A DNA stretch of 64,000 nt from Longimicrobiales bacterium (lineage in GTDB: Bacteria; Gemmatimonadota; Gemmatimonadetes; Longimicrobiales; Gaopeijiaceae). The stretch lies in contig OZ241892.1 in assembly GCA_965203485.1 (NCBI GenBank), positions 2,784,001 through 2,848,000 on the forward strand, read 5' to 3'. The notes under the pieces were generated by a model, which saw nothing but the letters and a program-made list of their open reading frames with translations, was not told the origin of the DNA and did not search any database. A program made the position numbers and the translations under genes. Below, in pieces: positions 9,814 to 20,332 of this stretch (its first letter is position 1; each line of letters opens with the position of its first letter).

Positions 9814-10908
9814 CTAGCGCGCTTCCGGCGGCAACTGCGCGACCGAGACCCGCGGCCCCCCTGGACTTCCCAAACGGAGGACGGCGGGCGGCTCCACTTC
9901 GCGCCGCACGTAGCCCATGCCGATCCATTCGCCGAACTTGGGCGAACGCACGCAGGACGTGACTCGGCCGCAGGCCTTGCCGCCCGCAATCCTGAACAGC
10001 GCACTACCGGGATCGCCCGCGGCGTCTCCGAAGCGAAGGGCGCGCAGGCGCCAGTTCACGTGCCCGCGATGGAGCAGCCGCACTATCACCTCCTGGCCCG
10101 TGTAGCATCCCTTTTCGTGGTCGAAGGCGCGGCGCTCGAGGCCGGCCTCGATTGGAATGACCGATTCGTCCATGTCGGCTCCGAAAGCGGGATAACCCGC
10201 CTCCACGCGCAGCGTCTCCCAGGTTTGCCGGCCGGCCGGGCACGCGCCCGCCTTCTGCAGCCCGGCCGCGACGGCTTCCAGCTCCGCCGTGCGGGCCCAC
10301 ACGTCCCACGACGCCGCCTGCTCCAGCCCGCGCGCGACCGCCACGCCGCCTTCGCACACTCCCCCGGCCAGCAACCAGTACCCGTCGGCGGGACTCCCCC
10401 CCAAGACCTCGTCCAGCGCGGCGGCGGCTCGTTCTCCCGTCACTGTCAGCAGTCCCGTCGCCGCCGCCAAGTCCTCGATCTTGGCAAGGCGCGGCGGCAG
10501 GTACTTGGCGAAGTGCCGCAACAAGGCGTCGCGTCCCGCCATTGCGGCGTCCAGCGCGATCCCCGCGTCTTCCGACGGCCCCAGCCAGAACGCGCGCACG
10601 TCCGACAGCATCCGCCCCTTGCGCGTCAGCACGGCGCCGTAGGTCCGCTGGCCGTCCCAGCGGGCGCCGGGGGCCGGATCGGCGGCGCGAGGGGGGCTTG
10701 GGACGCGGTTCGTGAGCATGCCGTGCAGCATCCGGCGCGGGGCGCGTCCCCAAGTCCGCAACAGTCCGCGGTCGGCGCGGCGGAAGAAGGCGCAACCCGA
10801 GGTGGCGTGCTCGTACTCGGCCTGCGGGTCTTCGCAATGCTCAGGCGCAGCGGGAGGGCGCTCGCGCGCAAGGCGGGGCTCGGCGGCGCCGGGGGCGAAG
10901 CGGTTCAT
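9814..10908 (-). CDS. ygfZ: Folate-binding YgfZ/GcvT-family aminomethyltransferase
   Basis: Signature KGCYTGQEVIVR; LRVEAGYP; GRVTSCVRSP. Confidence 0.85.
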   Translation of the reverse strand: MNRFAPGAAEPRLARERPPAAPEHCEDPQAEYEHATSGCAFFRRADRGLLRTWGRAPRRMLHGMLTNRVPSPPRAADPAPGARWDGQRTYGAVLTRKGRMLSDVRAFWLGPSEDAGIALDAAMAGRDALLRHFAKYLPPRLAKIEDLAAATGLLTVTGERAAAALDEVLGGSPADGYWLLAGGVCEGGVAVARGLEQAASWDVWARTAELEAVAAGLQKAGACPAGRQTWETLRVEAGYPAFGADMDESVIPIEAGLERRAFDHEKGCYTGQEVIVRLLHRGHVNWRLRALRFGDAAGDPGSALFRIAGGKACGRVTSCVRSPKFGEWIGMGYVRREVEPPAVLRLGSPGGPRVSVAQLPPEAR

Positions 10909-11174
10909 GGCGGCCTCCGGCTTGTTGGCGTGATGGTGGGCTCGCGTCCGCCCCCCGACCGGCGGAACGAAGCGGGGCGAGGCGGCATCCGGTATGTTGA
11001 GGGCGTCGGTCGCGATGCTGTCGGGGACGACGGCATCGGGCTCTCGCCGACATGCGCTTCGCCGCGCGGGCGGCTCCCTGTCTCGGCAACGACGCACGAG
11101 GGGACGCGCCGGGGCGGCGGACACGCTGGAAAGGTCGCCGGAGAACGAGAGCGAAGCCACATGCGGCACGTCCA

Positions 11175-12299
11175 ATGAGCGTTTCTTCGTCTTCGGGCCG
11201 CGGCGCGGATGCGGAGGCTCCGAAAGGCACGGCGGACGCCGGCGGCGATCCGCGCGACGAGAGGCCCCGGATTCGGCTGAGCACGCTTTCGCACGGGGCC
11301 GGGTGAGCGTGCAAGCTCGGGCAAGCCGAGCTGGCGCAGGTCCTGCGTCGCCTTCTTCCGGTCGACGACCCGAACGTGCTCGTGGACGGGTCCGCGTTCG
11401 ACGACGCGGCCGTCTACCGCATCGGGCCACGCCGGGCGCTGGTCGCGACGCTGGACTTCTTCACGCCGATCGTGGACGATCCACGGGATTTCGGACGCAT
11501 CGCCGCCGCCAACGCTCTCTCGGACGTCTACGCCATGGGCGCCAAGCCTCTGTTCGTGCTCAACCTGCTTGCGTTTCCTCGGAAGCTCTTGGGCGAGGGA
11601 ATGGCCGAGGAGGTCGTCCGGGGCGGCGCGGAGAAGGCGGCGGAGGCCGGAGCGCCCGTGCTGGGCGGACACTCGATCGACGACGCGGAGCCCAAGTACG
11701 GGATGGTCGCCGTGGGCGAAGTCGACCCGGACGCCATGCTGACCATCGGCGCCGCCGAGGCCGGGGACCGCATCGTGCTCACCAAACCGCTGGGCACCGG
11801 CATCGTGGCGACCGCGATCAAGAATGGAGCGTGCCCACCGCAAGTGGCGGCGGCGGCGGTCGGCGTCATGTCGCGGCTGAACCGCAAGGCATCGGAAGCG
11901 GCGCTGGCGACCGGGGCGCGAGCGGCGACCGACGTGACCGGATTCGGGCTGACGGGTCACCTGGGCAACATGGCGCGGGCATCGGGCCTGGCCGCCCGGA
12001 TCGAGGCCGGGCGAGTTCCCAGACTGGAAGGCGTGGCAGAACTCGTCGAGGCCGGCCACGTGCCCGGCGGGACCCGGCGCAACTTGGCCGGCGCGGCGGG
12101 GCGGGTCACCTATGCGTCCGGGGCCGCCGACGCGGCGAGAACGCTGCTTTCCGACGCGCAGACGTCCGGCGGCTTGCTCGTCGCGTCTCGGGCGGACCGC
12201 GCCAGCGAGCTGGTCGCCGAACTCCGGGCCGAAGGCGAGACCGCGGCGGTGATCGGCGAGTTCGCGGACGGTCCGCCGGGGCGCATCGCCGTCGTCTGA
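11175..12299 (+). CDS. selD: Selenide, water dikinase (selenoprotein; in-frame UGA at 11304-11306)
   Basis: ORFs 11052-11306 and 11376-12299 share a frame: RLSTLSHGAG-U-ACKLG...DDAAVY...TLDFFTPIVDDP...ANALSDVYAMG...GGHS...DVTGFGL...DAQTSGGLL. Confidence 0.93.
11307..11337 (+). promoter_or_regulatory. Candidate bacterial SECIS hairpin
   Basis: Perfect 7-bp stem AGCTCGG(11314-20)/CCGAGCT(11326-32) with a GCAAG loop just 3' of the UGA. Confidence 0.55.
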
Positions 12300-12403
12300 C
12301 GCACGGCTCCGGCGTCGCAGCGGACGGAGCCGACGCGGGCAGTCAGGCCTGTCCTTGCCAGCCCGGAAACGCGTCGCAAGTCGGCGGCAAGACGACCACC
12401 GGG

Positions 12404-15118
12404 TTAGGCCTGCGCTTGCGGAGCCGGCATATCCTCGGCCCGGGCGTCCGCCCGGGTCCGCTGCTTCTTGCCGGGCCTGCGCACCGCCAACTCCACCACC
12501 CGGTGCAGGTCGTCGGCCAAGTGCACCGTCAGCTCGTCGCGCACCGCGTCCGGCAGATCCTCCAAGTGCGTCTTGTTCTCGTGCGGCAGGACGATCTCGC
12601 GGATGCCGGCGCGCACGGCGCCCAATACCTTTTCCCTGACGCCGCCGACAGGCAGCACCCGTCCGGTCAGCGTCAGCTCCCCGGTCATCGCCACGTCGCT
12701 CCGCACCTTCCGGCCCGAGACCGCCGAGATGAGCGCCGTGGCCATGGTGATGCCCGCCGACGGACCGTCCTTCGGAACCGCCCCCGCGGGCACGTGGATG
12801 TGTATCTCGCGCTTGTCCAGCGCGCCCTTCGAGATGCCCAAGGGGCCGATGTTGCTCTTTGCGTACGAGAGCGCCGCCCGCGCCGATTCCTTCATCACGT
12901 CGCCGAGCTGGCCCGTGAGCACCAGATCGCCCTCGCCGGGCATCACGCTGGCCTCGACGAACATGATGTCGCCCCCCATCGGCGTGTAGAACATGCCGGT
13001 GGCCACGCCGACGGCGTCCTCGGCGGCGCGCTGCTCCTGATGCACGCGCGGCTGGCCGAGCAGCCGGCGGACCCGCTTCGGAGTGATCCTCATCTCGGGC
13101 TCGGCGTCGGACGCGACTTGGCGAGCCACCTTGCGGGCCAGCTTGCCCGTCTCGCGCTCCAGCTGGCGCACGCCCGCTTCGCGCGTGTACTTGCGCACCA
13201 CTGCCAGGATGGCGTCGTCTTCGATGTCGATCTCGTCCTCTCGCAGGCCCGAGTCGCGCACCTGGCGCGGCACCAGGTAACGCCGAGCGATCTCCAGCTT
13301 CTCGTTCTCCGTGTACCCTCGAAACTCCACGAGCTCCATGCGGTCCAGCATCGGGGCCGGGATCCTGTCTGCAGAGTTCGCGGTAGCGATGAACAGCACT
13401 TCGGACAGATCGAACGGGACGCCCAGGTAGTGGTCGATGAAGGTGCGGTTCTGGGCGGGGTCCAGCACTTCGAGGAGCGCCGAACTCGGATCGCCCTGGA
13501 ACGAGACGCCGAGCTTGTCCACCTCGTCGAGCAGAAATACCGGGTTCTTCGCGCCCGCCTCCTTGATCCCTTGGATGATGCGCCCGGGCATCGAGCCCAC
13601 GTAGGTGCGGCGGTGCCCCCGAATGTCCGCCTCGTCGCGTGCGCCTCCCAGCGAAATCCGCACGTACTTGCGACCCACGGAACGTGCGATGGAGCGCGCG
13701 ATGCTGGTCTTGCCGACTCCGGGGGGACCGGCGAAGAGCAGGATGGGCGCCGTGCTGCCGGGGCGTTCGTATGCGGGATCGGGCGCGGGCGGGTCGCCGT
13801 CGGGGCCGGATTCGGCGGGCCGGCCGTCGGCGCCGGGGGAGCCGGAGCGATCCGTGGGGCTCGGCTCGCCAGCGGCATCGTCAGCGGGCGCGGCTTCTCC
13901 TTCGGGATCGGAGGTGGCGTCGGCTTCGGCCTTTGCACCGGCGGCGGACGCGGCGTCTCCGGCCGGACCGGCGGCGGCGCCTTCGGCGCTTGCAACGGGG
14001 GCGGACGCGGCGGTTGCCTCCACTTCGTCGCCGACGGCGACCGGCAGGCCGTCGTCTTGGTCTTCACCGAGCCGTTCCTGCTGAAGCTTGCGGACTGCGA
14101 GGAACTCCAGCACGCGGTCCTTGACGTCTTCGAGACCGTAGTGGTCCTCGGCCAAGATGTCTTCCGCTACGCGCAGGTCGATCTTGTCGTCCGTGCGCGC
14201 GCTCCACGGCAACTCGGCGACCCACTCCAAGTACGTGCGGATGACCTGGTACTCGGCCGACTGCGCCTGGGTGCGCGCCAAGCGCCGCAACTCGCGTTCC
14301 ACTTCCTTGCGGGCGGTGTCGCCGATCTCCAGCGCCTCCAACCGCTCGCGCAACTCCTCGACCTCGTTGCGTTCGCCCTCCTCGCCCAGCTCCTTGCGGA
14401 TCTGCTTCATCTGCTCGCGCAGAAGCATCTCCCGCTGGCGCTCGCCGAGATGCTCCTGGACCTTGGCTTGGATGTCCTCGCGCGCGTCGATGCGCACCAG
14501 CTCCTTCTCGACCGCCATCAGGCAAGCCCGCATTCGCCCTTCGTCGTCCAGCATCTCGAGCAACGCCTGCTTCTCGGCCGCCGTCTGCTCCAGATAGAAC
14601 GCGACCAAGTCCGCGAACGCGCCAGGGTCCTCCATGCCCTGAATCAGCTGGCTCAGCGCCTCGGAGGGCACGCCCCGGCGCGTCCCCAGCTCGGCGGCCC
14701 GCTGGCGAAGCTCGGCGTCGAGCGCGACGAAGGCCGGATCCTGCGCGTCCGCCGGGGCGATTCGCTTCACGGCCGACAGCGTGGCTCGGAGCATCGCCTC
14801 CCCGTCTTCCTCGTAGAGTTCGGCCCGGGCCCGCGATTCTCCCTGCACGAGGAGCTGGATGCCTCGGCGGGCGCGGTGCGTCTGGATGACGCGCACGATC
14901 GTGCCGGTCTTGTAGAGCAGGCGAGGATGCGGCCTGTCCACGTTCTTGCGTTGCGCGACAGCGAACAGGCGGCGGTCCCCCTCGAGCGACTCCTGGACCG
15001 CTTCCACCGTCCCAGGGCGCCCCGCCGAGATCGGCACCGCCACGCCCGGATACACGACCGTCCCCCGAAGCGGCAACACGGGCAACGACAGCTTGTCGGT
15101 CTTCGTTCGTTTCGCCAA
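12404..15118 (-). CDS. lon: ATP-dependent Lon protease (with about 100-aa acidic insertion)
   Basis: LPVLPLRG N-domain; DHYGLEDVKDRVLE; GPPGVGKTS; PKDGPSAG; probable TTG start at 15118. Confidence 0.96.
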   Translation of the reverse strand: MAKRTKTDKLSLPVLPLRGTVVYPGVAVPISAGRPGTVEAVQESLEGDRRLFAVAQRKNVDRPHPRLLYKTGTIVRVIQTHRARRGIQLLVQGESRARAELYEEDGEAMLRATLSAVKRIAPADAQDPAFVALDAELRQRAAELGTRRGVPSEALSQLIQGMEDPGAFADLVAFYLEQTAAEKQALLEMLDDEGRMRACLMAVEKELVRIDAREDIQAKVQEHLGERQREMLLREQMKQIRKELGEEGERNEVEELRERLEALEIGDTARKEVERELRRLARTQAQSAEYQVIRTYLEWVAELPWSARTDDKIDLRVAEDILAEDHYGLEDVKDRVLEFLAVRKLQQERLGEDQDDGLPVAVGDEVEATAASAPVASAEGAAAGPAGDAASAAGAKAEADATSDPEGEAAPADDAAGEPSPTDRSGSPGADGRPAESGPDGDPPAPDPAYERPGSTAPILLFAGPPGVGKTSIARSIARSVGRKYVRISLGGARDEADIRGHRRTYVGSMPGRIIQGIKEAGAKNPVFLLDEVDKLGVSFQGDPSSALLEVLDPAQNRTFIDHYLGVPFDLSEVLFIATANSADRIPAPMLDRMELVEFRGYTENEKLEIARRYLVPRQVRDSGLREDEIDIEDDAILAVVRKYTREAGVRQLERETGKLARKVARQVASDAEPEMRITPKRVRRLLGQPRVHQEQRAAEDAVGVATGMFYTPMGGDIMFVEASVMPGEGDLVLTGQLGDVMKESARAALSYAKSNIGPLGISKGALDKREIHIHVPAGAVPKDGPSAGITMATALISAVSGRKVRSDVAMTGELTLTGRVLPVGGVREKVLGAVRAGIREIVLPHENKTHLEDLPDAVRDELTVHLADDLHRVVELAVRRPGKKQRTRADARAEDMPAPQAQA

Positions 15119-15535
15119 CGGTCTCTCGCGGTTCGGCGGCCTCGTCTGCGGGCGGCCTCGTCTGCGGGGCCACCCGGCCCGGCCAAGTCGCTTCCGATTG
15201 CGCCGGGCCGACAGGGCCGACGTCCGGGGGCCTGGTGCGCCCCGGCGCCAAAGCCGACCGGCCCTGCCAAGTGCGCAGGCCCGGAATGCAACGACGATGG
15301 CCCGCTTGTCCGAGTTTCTCAGTGTACGCCGGAACGCGGGGCGGCGCCATGGCGGCGCCGGCTCTCGGCCAAAGGCGAACGCCGCGACGTTCGGGGCGCA
15401 CGCGCCCTCATGCCCGAACCATCCCAACGATCGCCATGACGCCAGCCGCCAACACCGATCTTCCCGGCCCGGCCCACGCATTCGGCGCGCCGTGCTCGGC
15501 TTGATGCCGGCATCGCCGGGGCGCGGCTAGGTCGC

Positions 15536-16360
15536 ATGGCAGGGAGCGGAGAAGGGGCGGCGGAGGGCGATGCCGGCCAAGTCGTCGCGCGGCCCGCGGC
15601 CACGCTCGTGCTGGTCCGCGACGGCCCGGGAGGCCTCGAGACCCTCCTGGTGCGCCGGTCCGGCTCCGCGGGCTTCGTGCCCGGGTGCTACGTGTTTCCC
15701 GGAGGAGTCGTGGACAAGCACGACGACTCGAACGCCGCTGTCGAACGCTGGGACGGGCTGGCGCCCGAGGAGGCGGGACGGCGGTTGGGGCTGGCGCCGA
15801 AAAGCGCGCCGACAGCAATCGCCTACTTCGTCGCCGCAGTGCGGGAGACGTTCGAGGAGACGGGCCTCCTGCTGGGACGCAGGCCCGGGACGGACGCCGC
15901 CCCCCAGGCAGCAGCATCCGAGGCGGTCGTGCGCCGAGCCCGCGCGGCCCTCCTGGACGGGCGCCAATCCTTCGCCGGCGTGCTACGGGACCTCGAGGTG
16001 CGGATCGACGGCGCCGCGTTCGCCTACATCGCCCGCTGGGTGACGCCGCCGTCCGCCGCCAAGCGCTACGACACCAGGTTCTTCGCGGCGGTCGCCCCCC
16101 GCTGCGCCCAAGCCGACCCCGACGAACGCGAGGCCACCCACGCCGCGTGGATCGCTCCGGCCCGCGCCCTGGCTCTCCGCGCCGAGGGACGCCTGCCCAT
16201 GATACGTCCTACCGCCGACACCCTCGAAGACTGCACCGGCTTCCGCACCGCCGCGGAACTGCTGTCGCATCTCCGTGCGCGGCCCGCCGTCAAGCGAGCC
16301 CCCGAAGCCCCGTTGCCTGAAGAGCGCGCCGCCCTGGACCTGCCCGAGGGTGACGGATAG
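15536..16360 (+). CDS. NUDIX hydrolase (Nudt19-like)
   Basis: RPAATLVLVRD; YVFPGG...AAVRETFEETG; WVTP...KRYDTRFF. Confidence 0.88.
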   Translation: MAGSGEGAAEGDAGQVVARPAATLVLVRDGPGGLETLLVRRSGSAGFVPGCYVFPGGVVDKHDDSNAAVERWDGLAPEEAGRRLGLAPKSAPTAIAYFVAAVRETFEETGLLLGRRPGTDAAPQAAASEAVVRRARAALLDGRQSFAGVLRDLEVRIDGAAFAYIARWVTPPSAAKRYDTRFFAAVAPRCAQADPDEREATHAAWIAPARALALRAEGRLPMIRPTADTLEDCTGFRTAAELLSHLRARPAVKRAPEAPLPEERAALDLPEGDG

Positions 16361-16466
16361 CGTCCTCGACATCGAGCCTGCCCGTCCACGACTCGATTCA
16401 AGTCGAAGTCCGCTCGAGGCCAAGTCGCCTCATGCTCCACGCGCAGCAAGGAGTCGCGTGCCGCCG

Positions 16467-16913
16467 CTACTCCGCGTCGAAACCGATGCGGCGGTGGGCG
16501 CCGTCGCAGAAGGGCTTGGCCGACGACGCGCCGCAACGGCACAGCGCGCCCTTCTCGCCGCTGGTCGCGCGTCCGTCGCTGGCCACGACCGTGAGCGGGC
16601 CGCGCACCAGCAGGGGGCCGTTCGCGGCGCAGACGATGGTCACCGGGCCGTCGCCCTCGTCGGCCCCGCCGACTTGGGCCTGGCCGCCGTCCTTGTCCCG
16701 AACCAAGCGGCCGCCCTGGATCAGGCCGGAGTCGTCGAAGGGGGCCGACGAGTGTGACCCGTCGCAGAAGGGCTTGTCCGCGGAAAGACCGCAACGGCAG
16801 AGGAAAGCCTCCGTCGCTTCGCGGACTTCGCCGCCGGGCAACTCCAGCTTGACGCATCCCGTCACGCACAAGGGGCCGCCGGGCTCGATCTTCGCTTCGT
16901 TGCGCGCGCTCAT
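16467..16913 (-). CDS. Tandem CDGSH iron-sulfur domain protein
   Basis: LCRCGLSADKPFCDGSH and LCRCGASSAKPFCDGAH. Confidence 0.92.
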   Translation of the reverse strand: MSARNEAKIEPGGPLCVTGCVKLELPGGEVREATEAFLCRCGLSADKPFCDGSHSSAPFDDSGLIQGGRLVRDKDGGQAQVGGADEGDGPVTIVCAANGPLLVRGPLTVVASDGRATSGEKGALCRCGASSAKPFCDGAHRRIGFDAE

Positions 16914-16963
16914 GGCGGCTCCTTGCGAGTACGGGTCGGACGGCGCGGGCGGGCGTGACCATC

Positions 16964-18625
16964 CTACATGCGCTGGTAGCGCGGACCGCTGCCGCCTTCT
17001 CGGGGGGACCAGCGCGGGCCCAGCACGTCGGTCGCCCTGCAATCTATGCAGTTGGGCGCGTTGACGACCAGCCGGCCGTCCTCGCCCAGCTCGTAGACGC
17101 CGGCGGGACACATGTGCGCGTACATCTCGGCAACTTCGGCAGGCACCGACTCCGCGGCCGAGACATGAAGCGGGATGTCGTCGCGGGTCTGGTTGCCGCT
17201 CTTGAAGACAGCGTCCGTCTTGGACAGGCCGGGAACGACCGGCTCGGCTCGGCTCGCCCCCAGCGACTTCGGCTCCCGAGCGTCCGCAGGCGCGCGGATC
17301 AAGCCCGGGGGCAAACGGCCTCCCGTCAGCGTGGCGAGGCCGGCCTTGAGCGCGCCCCGCCAGAAGCCGGCCTTGAAGGCGAGGCGCATGTTGCGGTTCC
17401 GACGCATGCCGGAAGCGGCGAACTCGTCGTTTGCGGCGGCGGTGCACGCGGCCAAGCCGCGTGCCGAGACGTCGTCCGCCTGCAACGCGCGGTACACGGC
17501 TCGCGCCGCCTGCACGCCCGACTGCACCGCGTAGTGGATGCCCTTGAGCGAAGCCACGTCCACGTAGCCCGCCGCATCGCCGACGATGCATAGCCCGGCG
17601 CCGTGCCGCCGCTCCGGCAACGAGTGCCAGCCGCCTTCGGGGATCGTCTTGGCGCCCCACTCCAGCAACTCGCCTCCCTCCAGCAGGCCGCGAAACAGCG
17701 GGTGCGCCTTAAGCCGCTGCAGCTCCGCGTGGACGTCCAAGCGCGCGTTCGCGTCGTCGAGACTAGCGACCAAGCCGATCGAGACCAAGTCGTCCGCCAT
17801 CGGATACGCGAACGAGCCGCCGAAGCCCGAGTCCAGGGGCCAGCCCACGGTGTGCACGATCCGGTCCAGCGGATTCGCGACGCGCCAGAGCTCCTTGACG
17901 CCGAGCGAGTATATCTGCGGATTGGGCGAACCGATCCCCTGCCAATCCAGATACGCCTGCGTCAGCGGTCCGCGGGCGCCCTCCGCCAGCACAACCACCC
18001 GCGCCGCGATGTCGACCGGTTCAGCGTAGGACGCCCCCGGGGTCCCGTCCCGGTCCAGCCCCGACGGCGCCGTGCGGACGCCCACCACGCCCTCGCCGTC
18101 CACCAGAAGCGCGGCCGCCGGAAACCCCGGCAGCACGTCGGCGCCCGCCTGCTCGGCGCGCTCCGCCATCCACCGCGCGATCTCGCAGGCCGAGGCGACG
18201 AAGTTGCCTTCGTTGCGCATCGTCGGAGGAACGGGAATCCGCACGGCGCGATTCGGCCGGAGGAAATAGACGGACTCGCGCGCCACCGGGCGGCGAAAGG
18301 GCAGGTCATCGTCCGAAACGCAGGGGAACAGAGCACGGAAAGGACCGGGAACAACCACCGCGCCCGACAGCACGTGCTCGCCGATTGCCGACGCCTTCTC
18401 GAGCACGCCGATCGCCAAGTGGTCCGGACCCCCGCCGGTCGCCGCTCCCGCCTTGGCCAAGCGAGCGAGCTCGACGGCGCCCGCCAAGCCCGCCGGACCG
18501 CCGCCGACGAAGACGACGTCGAAGGGCACCGCCTCCGCCCCCGGCCGCTCCCGCACGATGAAGTCGTCTTGCCGCAAGGGCGGCTGGTGGTCGGCGGGCC
18601 GAAAGCGGAAGGAAGGCTGCGTCAT
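16964..18625 (-). CDS. Electron transfer flavoprotein-ubiquinone oxidoreductase
   Basis: VGGGPAG; HVLSGAV; LGVKELW; WGAKTIPEGG; CPAGVYE...NCIDCRAT...PREGGSGPRY. Confidence 0.92.
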   Translation of the reverse strand: MTQPSFRFRPADHQPPLRQDDFIVRERPGAEAVPFDVVFVGGGPAGLAGAVELARLAKAGAATGGGPDHLAIGVLEKASAIGEHVLSGAVVVPGPFRALFPCVSDDDLPFRRPVARESVYFLRPNRAVRIPVPPTMRNEGNFVASACEIARWMAERAEQAGADVLPGFPAAALLVDGEGVVGVRTAPSGLDRDGTPGASYAEPVDIAARVVVLAEGARGPLTQAYLDWQGIGSPNPQIYSLGVKELWRVANPLDRIVHTVGWPLDSGFGGSFAYPMADDLVSIGLVASLDDANARLDVHAELQRLKAHPLFRGLLEGGELLEWGAKTIPEGGWHSLPERRHGAGLCIVGDAAGYVDVASLKGIHYAVQSGVQAARAVYRALQADDVSARGLAACTAAANDEFAASGMRRNRNMRLAFKAGFWRGALKAGLATLTGGRLPPGLIRAPADAREPKSLGASRAEPVVPGLSKTDAVFKSGNQTRDDIPLHVSAAESVPAEVAEMYAHMCPAGVYELGEDGRLVVNAPNCIDCRATDVLGPRWSPREGGSGPRYQRM

Positions 18626-18695
18626 TGGACGACAAGCGACGGGGGAGCGTGAGCGTGGCGGACTCGCGGTGGACGCCGGGGCCGGCCGGCGGGAG

Positions 18696-19991
18696 TCATC
18701 CGGGCCGAGTTGTCCGGCGAGCGGCCAGCCAGCGCTCCAACCGAGCGGCGATCTTCTGCTGCGCGACGGGAAGCGCGAAGGACCGGAAGCCCGAGGCGCA
18801 CGCGGGCGCCATGCGAGCGTCGTCCGACGGCTCCGGCGTTCGCACCTGGGCGCCGGGGCGCGCGCGGCCCGCGTCGTCTCGACCCGCAATGTCGCATTGG
18901 GACCGTGCCTCGCCTTTCCGTCCCGTCCCGCTTCTCCCGCCCACAACTATCACCGGATGGTAGGTCGCCCGGAAGTGGGTGAAGACGTGCCGGACGGGCT
19001 CCAGCAACTCCGGTTCGGCGCCGGCGACAGCGCGAATTCCAAGCTCCGCAAGGCGGCGGCGAGCCAGCGAGGCCAGCTGTTCCGACGACGGCGAGCCGGA
19101 CCCGGGTCCGCGGCCGGGCGACGGAGACGCGCCTGGTCGTTCTCCGGCCGGACGGGATCCGCCGCTCCCGCTTGTCAACTCGACGCCCGGAAACTCCCAC
19201 ATGCCCGCCAACAATCCCTTGGCCGGCCGGCGGACGAGAAGCGTCCGGCCCGCCGGGTCCACGAAGGCGACCGAGACGAAGCCGGCTTCGCGCAGCCGCC
19301 GCGCCGGCCGGCGAACGGGTCGGCGGGCGGCAGTCCCCGCTGCGCGAGCCCGGCAGAAGTCCGCGACCGGACAGGCGCCGCAACGCGGAGCGCGGGGCAG
19401 GCACACTGTGGCGCCCAGCTCCATCATCGCCTCGTTGAAGTCTCCGGGCCGGTTCGGGTCCAGCAGATGCGACGCTTCCCGGCCGAGCCGCGCCGGCGCA
19501 GGATCGGCCAAGTCGAGGAGTCGGGCGAGCACGCGCCGAACGTTGCCGTCCACGGCCGCGACGGGCTCCCCGTGCACGATGCTGGCGACGGCCGCCGCCG
19601 TGTACTCGCCCACCCCCGGGAGTTCCCGCAACGCCCCCGGTTCGGAGGGCAGGACCCCGCCGAAGCGGTCGCGCACGATGAGGGCGGTCCGTTGCAGGTT
19701 GCGGGCGCGGGCGTAGTAGCCGAGACCCTGCCACTCTCGCACCACGTCGTCCGCCGGCGCGTCCCAGTCGGGGAAGCGGCGAAGCCACCGCTCGTAGTAC
19801 GGCGCCGCGGTCTCGGCCCGCGTCTGCTGCAGCATGAACTCCGACACGACCACGCGGTATGCGTTTCGGCCCGACCTCCACGGCATCGCCCGGGCATGCC
19901 GGTCGAAGTGGGCGAGGAGAGCCGCCCGAAAGTCGCGCGGCCTCGGCCTTTCGGGCCGCGCAGGCCGCCTGTGCGCTCCGACGTCTTGCAT
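18696..19991 (-). CDS. mutY: A/G-specific adenine glycosylase
   Basis: VSEFMLQQT; WQGLGYYARARNL; LPGVGEYTA; VDGNVRRV; CLPRAPRCGACPVADFC; WEFPG. Confidence 0.93.
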   Translation of the reverse strand: MQDVGAHRRPARPERPRPRDFRAALLAHFDRHARAMPWRSGRNAYRVVVSEFMLQQTRAETAAPYYERWLRRFPDWDAPADDVVREWQGLGYYARARNLQRTALIVRDRFGGVLPSEPGALRELPGVGEYTAAAVASIVHGEPVAAVDGNVRRVLARLLDLADPAPARLGREASHLLDPNRPGDFNEAMMELGATVCLPRAPRCGACPVADFCRARAAGTAARRPVRRPARRLREAGFVSVAFVDPAGRTLLVRRPAKGLLAGMWEFPGVELTSGSGGSRPAGERPGASPSPGRGPGSGSPSSEQLASLARRRLAELGIRAVAGAEPELLEPVRHVFTHFRATYHPVIVVGGRSGTGRKGEARSQCDIAGRDDAGRARPGAQVRTPEPSDDARMAPACASGFRSFALPVAQQKIAARLERWLAARRTTRPG

Positions 19992-20332
19992 GGGCGCCAA
20001 GATAGGCCGGCGGCCAGTTTGATGCGCGGACCCGGCCAATGCCGGCGCCGTCCCGCCTGTCCCCTCTCACTCACGCTCCCTCGGCCGTCGAGAGCGCGGA
20101 CGCCGCCAGCTGCGATCTCCCCACCAAAGCGCCCCGCCTGTCCCCTCTCCCATGCCTCGCGCTATCTTGCCCGCCGCACCCCTGAAAGTCCTCGTTGGTC
20201 CGCCGCGATTCGCCCCTGCGTTGCCACGGGTTCGGCAGGCAGTCCGCGAACATCCTGCCGGTCCAGTCGCTGACCGCCCTTCGCCGCCCCTGGTCCGCCG
20301 GACCGGCCACGCTCGTCGCTGGAGCGCCCCGA

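Noticed and set aside
10994..15439. 1481-aa + strand ORF and other long Arg/Ala-rich ORFs across the window
   Set aside because: Off-frame or antisense to lon, selD and other clear genes; typical high-GC artefacts.
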